DNA from: an uncultured bacterium
GTDB lineage: Bacteria; Krumholzibacteriota; Krumholzibacteriia; JACNKJ01
Length of the DNA stretch: 64,000 nt
Assembly: GCA_963695095.1 (NCBI GenBank)
Contig: CAVOFT010000001.1
Location: forward strand, 1,472,001 to 1,536,000
Direction: 5' to 3'
Both the position numbers and the translations under genes were made by a program. Below, one piece after another: positions 1 to 12,549 of the stretch. How positions within the stretch are numbered: the stretch's first letter is position 1; every line of letters begins with the position of its first letter. The notes beneath the pieces are model-generated. The model was not told the origin of the DNA, did no database searches, and saw nothing but the letters and a program-made list of their open reading frames with translations.

Positions 1-933
1 CCTGCGGCACGAGCTGGCACGCCGCCCTGATCGGCGAGTACATGCATCGAGCGACCTGGCGCGCATCCCCGTGGAAGTCGAGTACGCCTCCGAGTTCCGC
101 TACCGCAACCCCATCATCGCCCAGCAGAACATCGCCTGGTCGATCAGCCAGTCCGGCGAGACGGTGGACACCCTGGCCGCCATGCGCGAGGCGCGCACCA
201 AGGGCGCCAAGGCGCTGGGCCTGGTCAACGTGGTGGGCAGCACCATCGCCCGCGAGAGCGACGGCGGCGTCTACATCCACGCGGGGCCGGAGATCGGCGT
301 GGCCACCACCAAGGCCTTCACCAGCCAGGTGACGGTGCTCGCCATCCTCGCTCTCCTGCTGGGCCGCATGCGCGCCATGTCCAAGCGATCAGGGCCAGGA
401 GCTGGTGCGCGAGCTGCAGGCCATCCCCGACAAGGTGGCGGAGATCTTGACGATGGACGCCAAGATCCGCAGCATCGCGCGAGATCTATGCGGGCGCGAA
501 CAACTTCCTCTACCTCGGCCGGGGCATCAATTTCCCGGTCGCGCTGGAGGGCGCGCTCAAGCTCAAGGAGATCTCCTACATCCACGCCGAGGGCTACCCG
601 GCGGCCGAGATGAAGCACGGGCCCATCGCGCTCATCGACGACAACATGCCCGTGGTCTTCGTCTGCCCCCGCGGCAACGCCTACGAGAAGATCCTCGGCA
701 ACATGGAAGAGGTGCGGGCGCGCAAGGGCAAGATCATCGCCGTGGTCAACGAGGGCGACACGGCGGCCGCCAGCCTGGCCGACCACGTGATCTCGATTCC
801 CGAGACGGTGGAGTACCTCTCGCCGCTGCTCACGGTGATCCCGCTGCAGCTGCTCGCCTACCACATTGCCGTCCTGCGCGGCTGCAACGTGGACCAGCCG
901 CGCAATCTGGCCAAGAGCGTGACGGTGGAGTGA
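1..933 (+). CDS. glmS: Glutamine-fructose-6-phosphate aminotransferase, C-terminal SIS domains (5' partial, several frameshifts)
   Basis: Motifs [42 protein letters not shown] and C-terminal [15 protein letters not shown] spread over ORFs 71-613, 405-947 and 610-933. Confidence 0.95.
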
Positions 934-943
934 GGAGGAACCC

Positions 944-1334
944 ATGAGGCGCAAAGTGATCCAGACACCGGCCGCACCGGCGGCGGTCGGGCCCTACAGC
1001 CAGGCGGTCGCCAGCGGCGATCTCCTGTTGCACCGCCGGCCAGGTGCCGCTGGATCCGGCCACCGGCAAGCTCGTGCCCGGCGACATCGGCGCCCAGACC
1101 CACCAGGTGATGAAGAACCTGGCCGCCGTGCTGGCGGCGGCCGGCGCCGGCTGGCCCGACGTCGTCAAGACCACCTGCTTCCTGGCCGACATGGCGGACT
1201 TCGCCGCCTTCAATGCCGTCTACGCGGAGTACTTCGCCGGGCTGGCGCCGCCGGCCCGCTCGACGGTCGCCGTGGCCGGCCTGCCCCTGGGCGCCCGCGT
1301 CGAAGTGGAACTGCTCGCGCGGCTGCCGGAATAA
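944..1334 (+). CDS. ridA: RidA/YjgF family enamine deaminase (frameshift near 1030)
   Basis: APAAVGPYSQAV in one frame, then GQVPLDP...VVKTTCFL...FNAVY...PPARSTVAV...LPLGARVEVE in the next; SD GAGGAGG upstream. Confidence 0.9.
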
Positions 1335-1380
1335 GGGCCCGGCCGGCGCCGGCGCGCCGCTCCCGCCCCCGTCTGCGCAC

Positions 1381-1409
1381 TGGACGGCGCCGGAATTGCC
1401 CACTACACT
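1381..1409 (+). promoter_or_regulatory. Putative sigma70 promoter of selC
   Basis: TGGACG-17 nt-TACACT, ending 14 nt before the tRNA. Confidence 0.5.
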
Positions 1410-1423
1410 GCCGCGATGCTTGA

Positions 1424-1521
1424 GGGAGTGGATGGGTCCTGGTGGATCCCGAGGACTTCAAATCCTTCTGCCGGGTGCTAATCCCATCCGGGGTGGGTTC
1501 GATTCCCACGCATTCCCGCCA
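1424..1521 (+). tRNA. selC: tRNA-Sec (anticodon TCA)
   Basis: Acceptor GGGAGTG/CATTCCC with GCCA end; 6-bp D stem with TGGT loop; anticodon loop CTTCAAA; long variable arm CCGGGTG/CATCCGG; T arm GTGGG-TTCGATT-CCCAC. Confidence 0.95.
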
Positions 1522-1540
1522 TTTCAACCCTCGAGGTGCC

Positions 1541-2116
1541 ATGCGCCCGTCCTTGCGTTGCCTGCTCGCCGGCCTCTTCCTGCTGGTCGCCCTGCCGCTA
1601 GTGGCGCAGGCTCAGACCGAGCAGGAGATCGGGTCCGCCGGCCACGGCCGCCTGAGCGCCGAAGGCCTGCGCGAAGCGCCGCCTGCGAGCCGCAACGCGC
1701 GCCTGGCGATGGCGGCCAGCGTCGCCTTCCCCGGGCTCGGGCAACTCTACAATAGCGAGGGGATGCGGACGCTGGTCGTCTTCGGCTGGGAGGCCTACTA
1801 CCTCTCGGTAATCCTGCGCGAAGGCCAGCGCGCCGATCTCTACAAGCGCCATGCCGCGGCCCTCGCCGAGGGCGACACCTGGCTTGGCTTGAGTCGCGCC
1901 GAGCTGCGCGCCCGCTTCCACCAGCACGAGGAGCGGCAGACCGATTACGTCTGGTACACGGGCGCCCTGGTCCTGGCGAGCATCCTGGACGCCTACGTTT
2001 TCGCCCACCTGCACGGCTTCGAGACCGACGACATTCGCGGGCAGCGGGCGGCCCTGCTGCCCCGTCTCGATCCCGGCGAGCGCAGCGTGGGCCTCCAGCT
2101 GCGGCTCTCGTTCTAG
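1541..2116 (+). CDS. DUF5683-like membrane/exported protein
   Basis: Signal peptide; SVAFPGLGQLYN and SILDAYVFAHL motifs. Confidence 0.65.
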   Translation: MRPSLRCLLAGLFLLVALPLVAQAQTEQEIGSAGHGRLSAEGLREAPPASRNARLAMAASVAFPGLGQLYNSEGMRTLVVFGWEAYYLSVILREGQRADLYKRHAAALAEGDTWLGLSRAELRARFHQHEERQTDYVWYTGALVLASILDAYVFAHLHGFETDDIRGQRAALLPRLDPGERSVGLQLRLSF

Positions 2117-2122
2117 GCGGCC

Positions 2123-3925
<1,803 letters not shown>

Positions 3926-3931
3926 GCAAGC

Positions 3932-4549
3932 ATGGCCAAGCGGGCTGTGGGCAAGAAGAAGTCGTCGTTCCGGGAAACCGTCGATGTCGTGGTCTGGGCC
4001 GTCGTCATGGCCTTCCTCGCGCGAAGCTTCCTGATCCAGGCCTTCCGCATTCCCAGCGGCAGCATGGAGGACACCTTGCTCGTGGGGGACTTCCTCTTCG
4101 TGAACAAGTTCCTCTACGGGCCGCAGATTCCCTTCACGGACGTGCGCCTGCCGGGCCTGCGCGAGCCGCGGCCCGGGGACATCATCGTCTTCCGCTTCTC
4201 GGGCGAGAAGGACGACTACATCAAGCGCTGCGTGGCCGTGGGCGGGCAGACGATCGAGGTGCGCAACGGCGTCATCTACCTGGACGGCCAGCCCCAGGAC
4301 GAGGACTACACCAAGTTCATCTACGGCGATCAGCCGGGGCGGGCGGCGCGCAACTTCGGGCCCTACAAGGTGCCGGAAGGCAAGATCTTCATGATGGGGG
4401 ACAACCGCGACAACAGCCGCGACAGCCGCGTGCTGGGGCCGGTGGACTGGCGGGATGCGGTGCGGGGCAAGGCCATTTTCATCTACTGGTCCTGGGATGG
4501 CGCGAAGAAGCTCCCGCGCCTGAGCCGCCTGGGCGACCTCATTCGATAG
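3932..4549 (+). CDS. lepB: Signal peptidase I
   Basis: IPSGSMEDTL (Ser), YIKRC (Lys), GDNRDNSRDSR; follows lepA. Confidence 0.96.
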   Translation: MAKRAVGKKKSSFRETVDVVVWAVVMAFLARSFLIQAFRIPSGSMEDTLLVGDFLFVNKFLYGPQIPFTDVRLPGLREPRPGDIIVFRFSGEKDDYIKRCVAVGGQTIEVRNGVIYLDGQPQDEDYTKFIYGDQPGRAARNFGPYKVPEGKIFMMGDNRDNSRDSRVLGPVDWRDAVRGKAIFIYWSWDGAKKLPRLSRLGDLIR

Positions 4550-4560
4550 GGCCCTCGCCG

Positions 4561-5656
4561 ATGATCGGGCTCTACGTCCACGTGCCCTTCTGCGCCAGCC
4601 GCTGCAGCTACTGCGGCTTCTACACGGAGACGGCCGGCAGCCAGGAGCGCTACCTCGAGGCGCTGCTGGCCCAGCTCGAGCGGGAGGCGCTGCGCTTGGG
4701 GGGCGTGCCCGCGGCCAGCATCTACCTGGGCGGCGGCACGCCGAGCTGGCTGGCGCCGGCCGCGCTCGCCCGCCTGCTGGGCGCCCTCGCCGCGCGGCTC
4801 GCCCCGGCCGGTGAGTTCAGCATCGAGTGCAATCCCGAGGACGTCGACGCCGCCCTGCTCGAGCGGCTGGCGGCGGGCGGAATCACGCGGGTGAGCCTGG
4901 GCCTGCAGTCCACCGCCGACGCGGAGCTCGCCGCCGTGGGCCGCCGGCACGACGCCGCCCGCGGCCTGGCAGCCCTGGACCTCCTGGCCGCCTCTGCCTT
5001 CGCGCTCTCCGTGGACCTCATGCTCGGCCTGCCCGAGCAAACGGAGGCCAGCTTCGCCGCGAGCCTGGCAGCCGTGCTCGCGCGGCGGCCCGCGCATCTG
5101 TCCCTCTACTGCCTTGAACTGGAGGCCGACGCGCCCCTCAGGCGCCAGTTCGCGCTCCGTCCTCAGCTCGACCCCGGCGAGGACTTCCGCGCCGACCGCT
5201 ATCTCGATGCCCATGCGCGGCTGGCAGCGGCGGGCTACGAGGCCTACGAGGTCTCCAACTGGTGCCTGCCGGGCGGCGAGTGCCGTCACAACCTGGCCAT
5301 CTGGCAGGGCGGCGAGTTCCTCGGCCTGGGGCCCGGCGCGCACTCGCGCCTGGGCGGGCGGCGCTGGTCCTGGGCGCCGGATCTCGCCGCCTGGCAGGAG
5401 GCGCTGCTGGCGGGCCGCGTCGCTCCCAGCGAGGAGGACCTGCCCGATGCGCGAGGCGCTCGCCCTCGAGCGCCTCCTGCTGGGCCTGCGCACCCGCGAG
5501 GGGCTGCCGCTGGCCGAGCCCCTGCTCGCCGGCCATGCCAGCTTCCTCTCCCGCTGCGAGGCGGCCGGCTGGGCCCGGCGCGAGGCCGGCTGCTGGCGCC
5601 TCAATCCCAGCGGCTGGCTGCGCCTGGACGGCATCCTCGCCGCCCTGGCCACTTGA
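4561..5656 (+). CDS. hemW: HemW/HemN-like radical SAM heme chaperone (frameshift near 5447)
   Basis: YVHVPFCASRCSYC, GGGTPS, YEVSNW, HNLAIW; C-terminus continues in ORF 5114-5656. Confidence 0.88.
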
Positions 5657-5681
5657 CAGGGGCCCGGGCCTGCCCTAAATT
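5653..5681 (+). promoter_or_regulatory. Putative sigma70 promoter of hrcA-grpE-dnaJ
   Basis: TTGACA-17-TAAATT. Confidence 0.65.
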
Positions 5682-5711
5682 CTGACAACCCTCCCGAACA
5701 GGTTGATTTTC

Positions 5712-6503
5712 ATGGACTTCAGGTACTACGCCAGTCCCCAGGATCGTCAGCTGCGCATCCTGGACTCTGTCATCCGTCTCTATACGGAGCGGGCGGAGCC
5801 TGTCAGCTCGGCAGCTGTCGCGCGGGACCTGGAGCACAGCTGGTCCTCGGCGACGGTGCGCAATGTCTTCACCGAGCTGGACGAGCTGGGCTGGCTGGTG
5901 CAGCCGCACCGGGCGGCAGGGCGCATTCCCACCGACCTCGGCTACCGCGTCTACGTGGAGCGGGTCATCCGGCCGGCTCGATCGGCGAATCCCTGGCAGC
6001 CCCTGCTGGCCTCGGAACTCGGCGCCCGCGAGGACAGCTTGGCCGCTCAGCTCGAGCGGGCCGCGCGCCTCATCAGCCGCCTCAGCCATGCCCTGGGGAT
6101 CTCGCTGCTCGTCGTCTCCACGCCCGACGAAGCGCCGGACGCCGCCGGTGAGCGGCGGCGGCCGAGCATCACCGGCGTCGAGGGACTGCTCGGTCTACCC
6201 GAGTTCGCGGATCCCGGTCGCCTGCGAGTCCTCGTGCACTTGCTCGACGATGCGACCAGCGTGGGCGAATCCCTGCGCGTGCTCTCGGATCCGCCGGGGG
6301 AGGTCTGCGTGCGCATCGGCAGCGAGAACACCCTGAGCGAGCTGGGGCAGTTCAGTCTCGTGGGGGTGCGCATCCAGCGCTCGCAGGAGAGCGCGATCAT
6401 GGGCATGCTCGGTCCGGTGCGCATGGAGTATCCCCTGGTACTCGGCAGCATGGAGGGTCTGGTGAGCCTGCTCCACGATGGCGATGGCGAACACTGGTGC
6501 TGA
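5712..6503 (+). CDS. hrcA: Heat-inducible repressor HrcA (short form)
   Basis: SSATVRN, QPHRAAGRIPTDLGYRVYV, IGSEN, GPVRMEY; sits upstream of grpE. Confidence 0.88.
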   Translation: MDFRYYASPQDRQLRILDSVIRLYTERAEPVSSAAVARDLEHSWSSATVRNVFTELDELGWLVQPHRAAGRIPTDLGYRVYVERVIRPARSANPWQPLLASELGAREDSLAAQLERAARLISRLSHALGISLLVVSTPDEAPDAAGERRRPSITGVEGLLGLPEFADPGRLRVLVHLLDDATSVGESLRVLSDPPGEVCVRIGSENTLSELGQFSLVGVRIQRSQESAIMGMLGPVRMEYPLVLGSMEGLVSLLHDGDGEHWC

Positions 6504-6504
6504 G

Positions 6505-7107
6505 ATGAGCGCGAAGCGCCACCGCGATTCCAAGCCCAACGCGGTCCCCGAGAAGCCGCTGGAGCCGGCCGCCGAGGTGGCTTCTCCCGCTGACGCGGCG
6601 CCCGCTGCCGCCCTGCCTGAGGAACTCGCCGCGAGCGCCGAGGGAGCCTCGGCTGCCGGCGAGGCCGAGGCCGGCGCGGAGCTGGCCGCCCTGAGCCAGG
6701 ACCGCGAACGCCTCCTGCGCCTGCTCGCCGACCGGGACAACCAGGTCAAGCGCATGGAGCGCGAACAGGAGCGCGAGGCCCAGCGCCTGCGCGGGGATCT
6801 CGCCCTGCTGCTCCTGCCCGTTCTGGATGACCTCGAGCGCGCCCTGGCCCAGCTGCCCGCGGACGAGGACGCCGCCCACGGCGATGGCCTGCGCCTCATC
6901 GCCCGGCGCTTCCAGGAGCAGCTGGCGGCCTTCGGCCTCACGCCCATCGCCGCCCTCGGCGAGCGCTTCGATCCCCGCTGCCACGAGGCTCTGGTCCAGC
7001 TGCCGGCCACGGAGGCCGAGAAGGGCACCGTGATCCAGGAACTGCAGAAGGGCTATCGCCTGGGCGAGCTGCTCATCCGCCCGGCCAAGGTCGCCGTGGC
7101 GGGCTAG
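6505..7107 (+). CDS. grpE: Nucleotide exchange factor GrpE
   Basis: LLPVLDDLERAL, FDPRCHEAL, QKGYRLGELLIRPAKVAV. Confidence 0.93.
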   Translation: MSAKRHRDSKPNAVPEKPLEPAAEVASPADAAPAAALPEELAASAEGASAAGEAEAGAELAALSQDRERLLRLLADRDNQVKRMEREQEREAQRLRGDLALLLLPVLDDLERALAQLPADEDAAHGDGLRLIARRFQEQLAAFGLTPIAALGERFDPRCHEALVQLPATEAEKGTVIQELQKGYRLGELLIRPAKVAVAG

Positions 7108-7114
7108 GAGGAGC

Positions 7115-8239
7115 ATGCCCCAGCGCGACTACTACGAGGTCCTCGGCCTCGCCCGCGAGGCCGACGAGGCGGCCATCCGCAAGGCCTACCGCAAGCTGGC
7201 CATGCAGTACCATCCGGACCGCAATCCCGACGACAAGAGCGCCGAGGAGAAGTTCAAGGAGGCCGCCGAGGCCTACGAGGTGCTCAAGGACCCCCAGAAG
7301 CGCCAGGCCTACGACCAGTTCGGCCACGCCGGGGTCTCGGGCCAGGGCTTCGGCGGCGCCGGCCCCTTCGCCGGCGGCCAGGGCATCGATCTCGAGGACG
7401 CGCTCCGGTCGTTCATGCGCGACTTCGGCTTCGAGTCCTTCTTCGGCGGCGGCGGCGGTCGCCGGCAGGCCGGGCCCGATCGCGGCGGCCGCGATCTGCG
7501 CGTGCGCGTTCGCCTCTCGCTCGAAGAGGTCGCCGCGGGGGTGGACAAGCAGATCCGCATCAAAAAGAAGCAAACCTGCGCGACCTGCGCCGGCAGCGGC
7601 CAGCGCCCCGGCAGTCGCTCCCAGCGCTGCAGCGAGTGCCAGGGCAGCGGACAGGTGCGCCGCGTGCAGCGGTCGATCCTCGGTCAGTTCGTGAGCGTCA
7701 GCCCCTGCCCGCGCTGCCACGGGGAAGGGATGCTGATCGGCGACCCCTGCGCGGATTGCCAGGGCGAGGGCCGCGTGGCCGGCGGCGAGACCATCGAGGT
7801 GAACATCCCGCCGGGGGTGTCGACCGGGGACTACATCCCGCTGCGCGGCCAGGGCGAGGCCGGCCTGCGCGGCGGACCGGCAGGCGACGTGATCGTGCTC
7901 GTCGAGGTGGACGAGCACCCGCTCTTCCAGCGCGTGCGCCAGGATCTCTTCCTCGAATTGCCGGTCGGCTTCGCCACGCTCGCCCAGGGCGGCAAGGTGG
8001 AAGTGCCCACCCTCGACGGCGCGGCCAAGCTGAGCGTGCCGGCCGGCACGCAGAGCCATCAGCTCTTCCGTCTGCGCGACAAGGGCCTGCCCCAGCTCAA
8101 CTCGCGGCGCCGCGGCGACCTCATCGTGCGCCTCGTCTGCTGGACCCCCGCGCGACTGGGCCGCGACGAGCAGAAGCTCCTCGCCGAACTGGAAAAGCTG
8201 CAGGCCGGCAAGCTGCCGGGCCCGCGGCGACCGGCCTGA
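7115..8239 (+). CDS. dnaJ: Chaperone DnaJ
   Basis: DYYEVLG, HPD motif, four CxxCxGxG zinc-finger repeats. Confidence 0.97.
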   Translation: MPQRDYYEVLGLAREADEAAIRKAYRKLAMQYHPDRNPDDKSAEEKFKEAAEAYEVLKDPQKRQAYDQFGHAGVSGQGFGGAGPFAGGQGIDLEDALRSFMRDFGFESFFGGGGGRRQAGPDRGGRDLRVRVRLSLEEVAAGVDKQIRIKKKQTCATCAGSGQRPGSRSQRCSECQGSGQVRRVQRSILGQFVSVSPCPRCHGEGMLIGDPCADCQGEGRVAGGETIEVNIPPGVSTGDYIPLRGQGEAGLRGGPAGDVIVLVEVDEHPLFQRVRQDLFLELPVGFATLAQGGKVEVPTLDGAAKLSVPAGTQSHQLFRLRDKGLPQLNSRRRGDLIVRLVCWTPARLGRDEQKLLAELEKLQAGKLPGPRRPA

Positions 8240-8313
8240 GGTCCGCGTCTCCGGCCTCCGCGGAGCGCCAGACACCCCAACGCCCGCAGGGCGCCAGGCA
8301 CAGGTGAGCGCGC

Positions 8314-9057
8314 ATGAAGGAAGCCCCCGTCCTGCTCTGGCCCGGCCTCGATGCGCAGCAGGGCAGCCTGCGCCTGGAGGGCCAGGCTCTGCACCATCTC
8401 TGCCGGGTGCTGCGCCTGCGCGCGGGCGATGCGCTCGAACTGCGCGACGGCCGCGGGCTCTGCGCGCGGGGCGAGCTCAGGGCGGTCGCCAGGACCAGCG
8501 CGCAGGTCGCACTCAGCGACTTCGTGCGGCGAGAGCCGCCCGCGCAGCCCTGCGTGCACCTCGCCCTGCCCCTGCTCAAGGGCCGGCGTCTGGACTGGGC
8601 GCTCGAGAAGGGCACGGAGCTCGGGGTCGCCGCCTTCCACCTCTACCAGGGCCGCCACGGCGTCGTGCAGCGCGAGACGCGGCCGGAGCGCTATGACGAG
8701 ATTCTCGCCTCCGCCTTCGCTCAGAGCCGCAGGCTCATCCTGCCCAGCCTCGACGGCCCGGTGGACTTCGCCGCCCTGCTGGCGCGGGGGCAAGCCGAGG
8801 GCTGGCGGCAGTGCTGGGCGGATGAGCGCCGCGCGGGCAGCGGCCAGGCGGCCTTTGCGCCGGAGCCGGGGCGGCCTCTCCTCGCCTGGGTCGGACCGGA
8901 GGGCGGTTACGCCGCCGAGGAGCGGGAGGCGCTGGCGCTCGCCGCGGCGTTCGTGATCGATCTGGGCCCGCAGCGCCTGCGCGCGGAAACCGCGGCCCTG
9001 GCCGTGGCCTGCCGCCTCTTGCTGCCCGTGGCGGACGAGTCCCTGGGGTCGCGTTGA
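8314..9057 (+). CDS. rsmE: 16S rRNA m3U1498 methyltransferase
   Basis: HHLCRVLR, EKGTELGV, VGPEGG, LRAETAA. Confidence 0.92.
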   Translation: MKEAPVLLWPGLDAQQGSLRLEGQALHHLCRVLRLRAGDALELRDGRGLCARGELRAVARTSAQVALSDFVRREPPAQPCVHLALPLLKGRRLDWALEKGTELGVAAFHLYQGRHGVVQRETRPERYDEILASAFAQSRRLILPSLDGPVDFAALLARGQAEGWRQCWADERRAGSGQAAFAPEPGRPLLAWVGPEGGYAAEEREALALAAAFVIDLGPQRLRAETAALAVACRLLLPVADESLGSR

Positions 9058-9082
9058 CAGCGCGGAAATGCGCGTCTATAAT
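9054..9082 (+). promoter_or_regulatory. Consensus sigma70 promoter for yqeY-cvpA-mutS2-dnaG-rpoD
   Basis: Exact TTGACA-17-TATAAT. Confidence 0.85.
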
Positions 9083-9141
9083 GGCTAAGTTTTTTACTTT
9101 CTATGCTTTTCTGCCAAGGGACCCTGCGGGTCGGGAGGGGC

Positions 9142-9588
9142 ATGAGTCTGCAAGCACGCCTCGATGAGGATCTGAAGACGGCGCTCAAGGCCGGCGAGAA
9201 GGCGCGCGTGAGCGTCATCCGCATGCTGCGGGGCGAACTGGCCAATGCGCGTATCGAGCAGAGGCAGGAGCTCGGCGAGCAGGAGGCGCTGGAGGTGCTG
9301 GCTCGCTATGCGCGCAAGCGGCGCGACGCGGCCGCCGAGTATGCCAAGGGCGGCCGCCAGGATCTCGTGGACAAGGAGCTGGCGGAGGCCGAGATCACGC
9401 AGGCCTATCTGCCCAGTGCGCTGACGGACGAGGCCCTGGCTGCGCTCGTCGAGGCCGTGGTGGGCGAGCTGGGGGCGACGAGCTTGAAGGACATGGGGCG
9501 CGTGATGAAGGAGGTCCTCCAGCGAGCGGCCGGGCGTGCCGACGGGGCGGCGGTCAGCGCCCTCGTCAAGTCCCGGCTCGCGAGCTGA
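9142..9588 (+). CDS. GatB/YqeY domain protein
   Basis: LKTALKAGEK, YLPSAL, KDMGRVMK, GRADG; SD GGAGG. Confidence 0.9.
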   Translation: MSLQARLDEDLKTALKAGEKARVSVIRMLRGELANARIEQRQELGEQEALEVLARYARKRRDAAAEYAKGGRQDLVDKELAEAEITQAYLPSALTDEALAALVEAVVGELGATSLKDMGRVMKEVLQRAAGRADGAAVSALVKSRLAS

Positions 9589-9594
9589 CCCGGC

Positions 9595-10122
9595 ATGAGC
9601 GCGATCCTGGGTACGCATCTCCTCGTCGGCGCGCTGGCGGCGGTTCTGGTCCTCGGCCTCTATCACGGCCTCCGCGGCGGGCTGATCCGCACGGCCTTCA
9701 AGCTGCTCGGCTTCCTCGCGGGCCTCTTGCTCGCGCGGCCCCTGGCCACGGCCATCCTGCCCCACCAGCCGGCTGGCTTCGACTTCCCGGGCAGCGGCAT
9801 CATTCTCCTCCTGCTCTGCTTCGCCGGCATCGCCGCCGCCTTCGCCCTGGTCGGCTGGCTGCTCGCCAAGAGCCTGAGCTGGACGCCGCTGGCCTGGCTC
9901 GACCGCGTGGGCGGCGGCCTGCTCGGCGTGTCGATCGGCGTCATCCTGGCGGGTCTGTTGCTCGGCATACTCGATCGCCTCGGCGCGGCAGGACCGCTGA
10001 TCGGCGCGGCTCGCGGCTGGGAGGCCGACTTCCTGCGCGGCCTCGCGGCCGTGTCGGCCGACCTCTTCGCGGCCGTCGAGCGGCTGGGCGGCGGCGGCCC
10101 GATCCCGCCGGGCGCGGTCTGA
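9595..10122 (+). CDS. CvpA/colicin V production family membrane protein
   Basis: GLRGGLI and LDRVGGGLLG motifs; four hydrophobic segments; precedes mutS2. Confidence 0.8.
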   Translation: MSAILGTHLLVGALAAVLVLGLYHGLRGGLIRTAFKLLGFLAGLLLARPLATAILPHQPAGFDFPGSGIILLLLCFAGIAAAFALVGWLLAKSLSWTPLAWLDRVGGGLLGVSIGVILAGLLLGILDRLGAAGPLIGAARGWEADFLRGLAAVSADLFAAVERLGGGGPIPPGAV

Positions 10123-12549
10123 TGCCCTGGCTCGTGCAGTCGCCGGGGCTGGTCTGCGGCGATGCCGCGCGGCGCCTGGAGTTCCCCGAACTGCTGGCGG
10201 AGCTCGCCGCGCGCGTGCGCTTCGCGCGCAGCGCGGCGGCCTTGACGGCCCTGACGCCGCTGGCGGAGCTGGGGGCCATCGAGGCCCGGCGCGCGCGCGT
10301 CGCCGCCTGGCAGCGCCTGCTCGAGGAAGGGCGCGAGCCCGAGCTGGAGGGACTCGTCGATCTCGGCGAGGGCATCGAGCGCTGCAAGACCCCGGGCGCC
10401 CAGCTGCCCGGCGAGGCCTTCTGGCAGCTCGCCCGCTGCCTGGGCGCCATCGCCCGCCTGGGCGACTTCCTCGCCGACGCCCGCCTGCTGGCGCCCGTCC
10501 TCCACGCGGACTGGGGCAATCCACCGGATCTGCGCGGCCTGGCCGGCGAGATCGAGCGCTGCGTCGACGAGGAGGGCCGCCTGCGGGACGGCGCGAGTCC
10601 CACCCTGGCCCGCCTGCGCGCGGCGATCCGCGAGAGCGAGTCGCGCGTGCGCGGGCGCCTGGACGCCCTCATCAAGGAGCGCCTGGCCGAAGGCGAGCGC
10701 GACCTGCGCCCACGCGTGCGCAGCGGTCGCCTCGTGCTGCCCGTGCGCCGCGAGCAGAAGAGCCAGCTGCCGGGCATCGTCCACGACGCCTCGGCCAGCG
10801 GCAAGACCCTCTTCGTCGAGCCGCTGGAGACCGTCGAGCTGAACAACGCGATCACGGCGCTGCTGGCCGAGGAGGCGCGCGAGTGCGCGCGCGTGCTCAG
10901 GGCGCTCACCGCCCGGGTCGGCGCCTGGGTGGATCCCATCCGCGCCTGCCTGGATGCCTTTCACCGGCTCGAACTGCCCCTGGCCGCCGCGCGCCTGGCC
11001 CGCGAGCGGGACTGGCAGTGGGCGGACTGGTCGCCGCCGGCCGAAGATCGCCTCGACCTGCGCGGGGCGCGGCATCCGCTGCTCGCGCGCTACTTGCCCG
11101 CCGGCGCGGCGCCCGTGCCGCTGGCGCTCGCGCTTGGCGCGGAGCAGCGCCTGCTGCTCGTCACCGGCCCCAACACGGGGGGCAAGACCGTCCTGCTCAA
11201 GACCCTCGGCCTGCTCGTGCTGATGAACCAGTGCGGGCTGCCCCTGCCCGTGGCCGAGGGCAGCCGCCTGCCGCTCTTCACGAGCCTCTTCGCGGATATC
11301 GGCGACGAGCAGTCCCTGCGCGATTCCCACTCCACCTTCAGCGCGCACCTCGCGCGGCTGGGGGAGATGGCGGCGGGCGCGGGACCGGGTGCGCTCATCC
11401 TCGTCGATGAGATCGGCGACGGCACCGATCCCGAGGAGGGGGCTGCGCTCGCGCAGGCCCTGATGGCCCACTGGATCGCCCGCGGGGCGCGGGCGGCCGT
11501 CACCACCCATTTCGGCGTGCTCAAGGGCTTCGCCCAGGGCGCGCCGGGGGCCGTCAATGCGGCGATGGACTTCGATCCCATCCAGCGGCGGCCCCTGTAC
11601 ACCCTCAGCCTCGGCGTGCCGGGGGCCAGCCGCGCGCTCGCCACCGCTCGCCGTCTGGGCATGGATGCCGACGTGCTCGCCGAGGCCGAGCGCCTGCTCG
11701 GCGCCGAGGCCATGCGACTCGAAAGCCTGCTCGAGCGTCTCGAGCGCGAGACGCAGGCGGCCGCCGCGGCCCGCGAGGCGGCCGAACAGCTGCGCGCCGA
11801 GCAGGAGGGCCTCGCCGCCGACTATCGCGATCGCCTCGCGCGGGTGCGCGCCCAGGAGCGCGCCATCCTCGCCGAAGCCCGCGAGCAGGCCGAGGGCTTC
11901 CTCGCGCAAGCTCGGCGTGACTTCGAGCAGGCCGTCCGCTCGCTGCGCGAGCGCGAGGCGGACCGGGAGAGCATCCGCGCCGGCCATGCCCTGCTCGAGA
12001 CCCTGGCGGCCCAGGCGCCCGCGCCGCCGCCGGCGGCTGAGCCGGGGCCTGTGCTCACCAGCTGGCGTGCCGGCGATCGCGTGCGCCTGCGCGCCACCGG
12101 TCAGACGGCGGAGATCCTCGAAGCGGCCGGCGGCGGCCGCCTGCGCGTCTCCCTGCGCGGGCTGCCCATGGTGCTGCCGCTCAGCGAGCTCAGCCCCCTG
12201 CCCGGCGGGAGCGAGGCGGAGGCGGCACGCCCGGCGGAGCGCTTCGCCGGCGTCAGCTACGAGGCCTCGGGTCCGGATTCCTACCGGCTCGACCTGCGCG
12301 GCATGCGCGCGGAGGAGGCGGCCGCGGCGATGGACGCCTTCCTCGACGCGGCCACGCTCGCGGGCTTCCACCTCGTGGAGATCCTCCACGGCAAGGGCGA
12401 GGGCATCCTGCGCGAGGAAGTGCGCCGGGCCCTGGCCCGGGATCCGCGCGTGGGGCGTTTCACGCTCGCCGATCAGAATCGCGGCGGCAGCGGCGTCACC
12501 GTGGCGCGCCTGGCGGGGGACCCGGAGCCCGCGGGGAGGCCGGCCGTGA
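10122..12549 (+). CDS. mutS2: MutS2 endonuclease with Smr domain (appears fused in frame to dnaG in this assembly)
   Basis: VHDASASGKTLFVEP, Walker A GPNTGGKT, STFSAH, DEIGDGTDP, Smr LDLRG...HGKGEG. Confidence 0.92.

Noticed and set aside
7706..7720. CPRCH in DnaJ as a heme-binding motif
   Set aside because: Part of a cytoplasmic CxxCxGxG zinc finger
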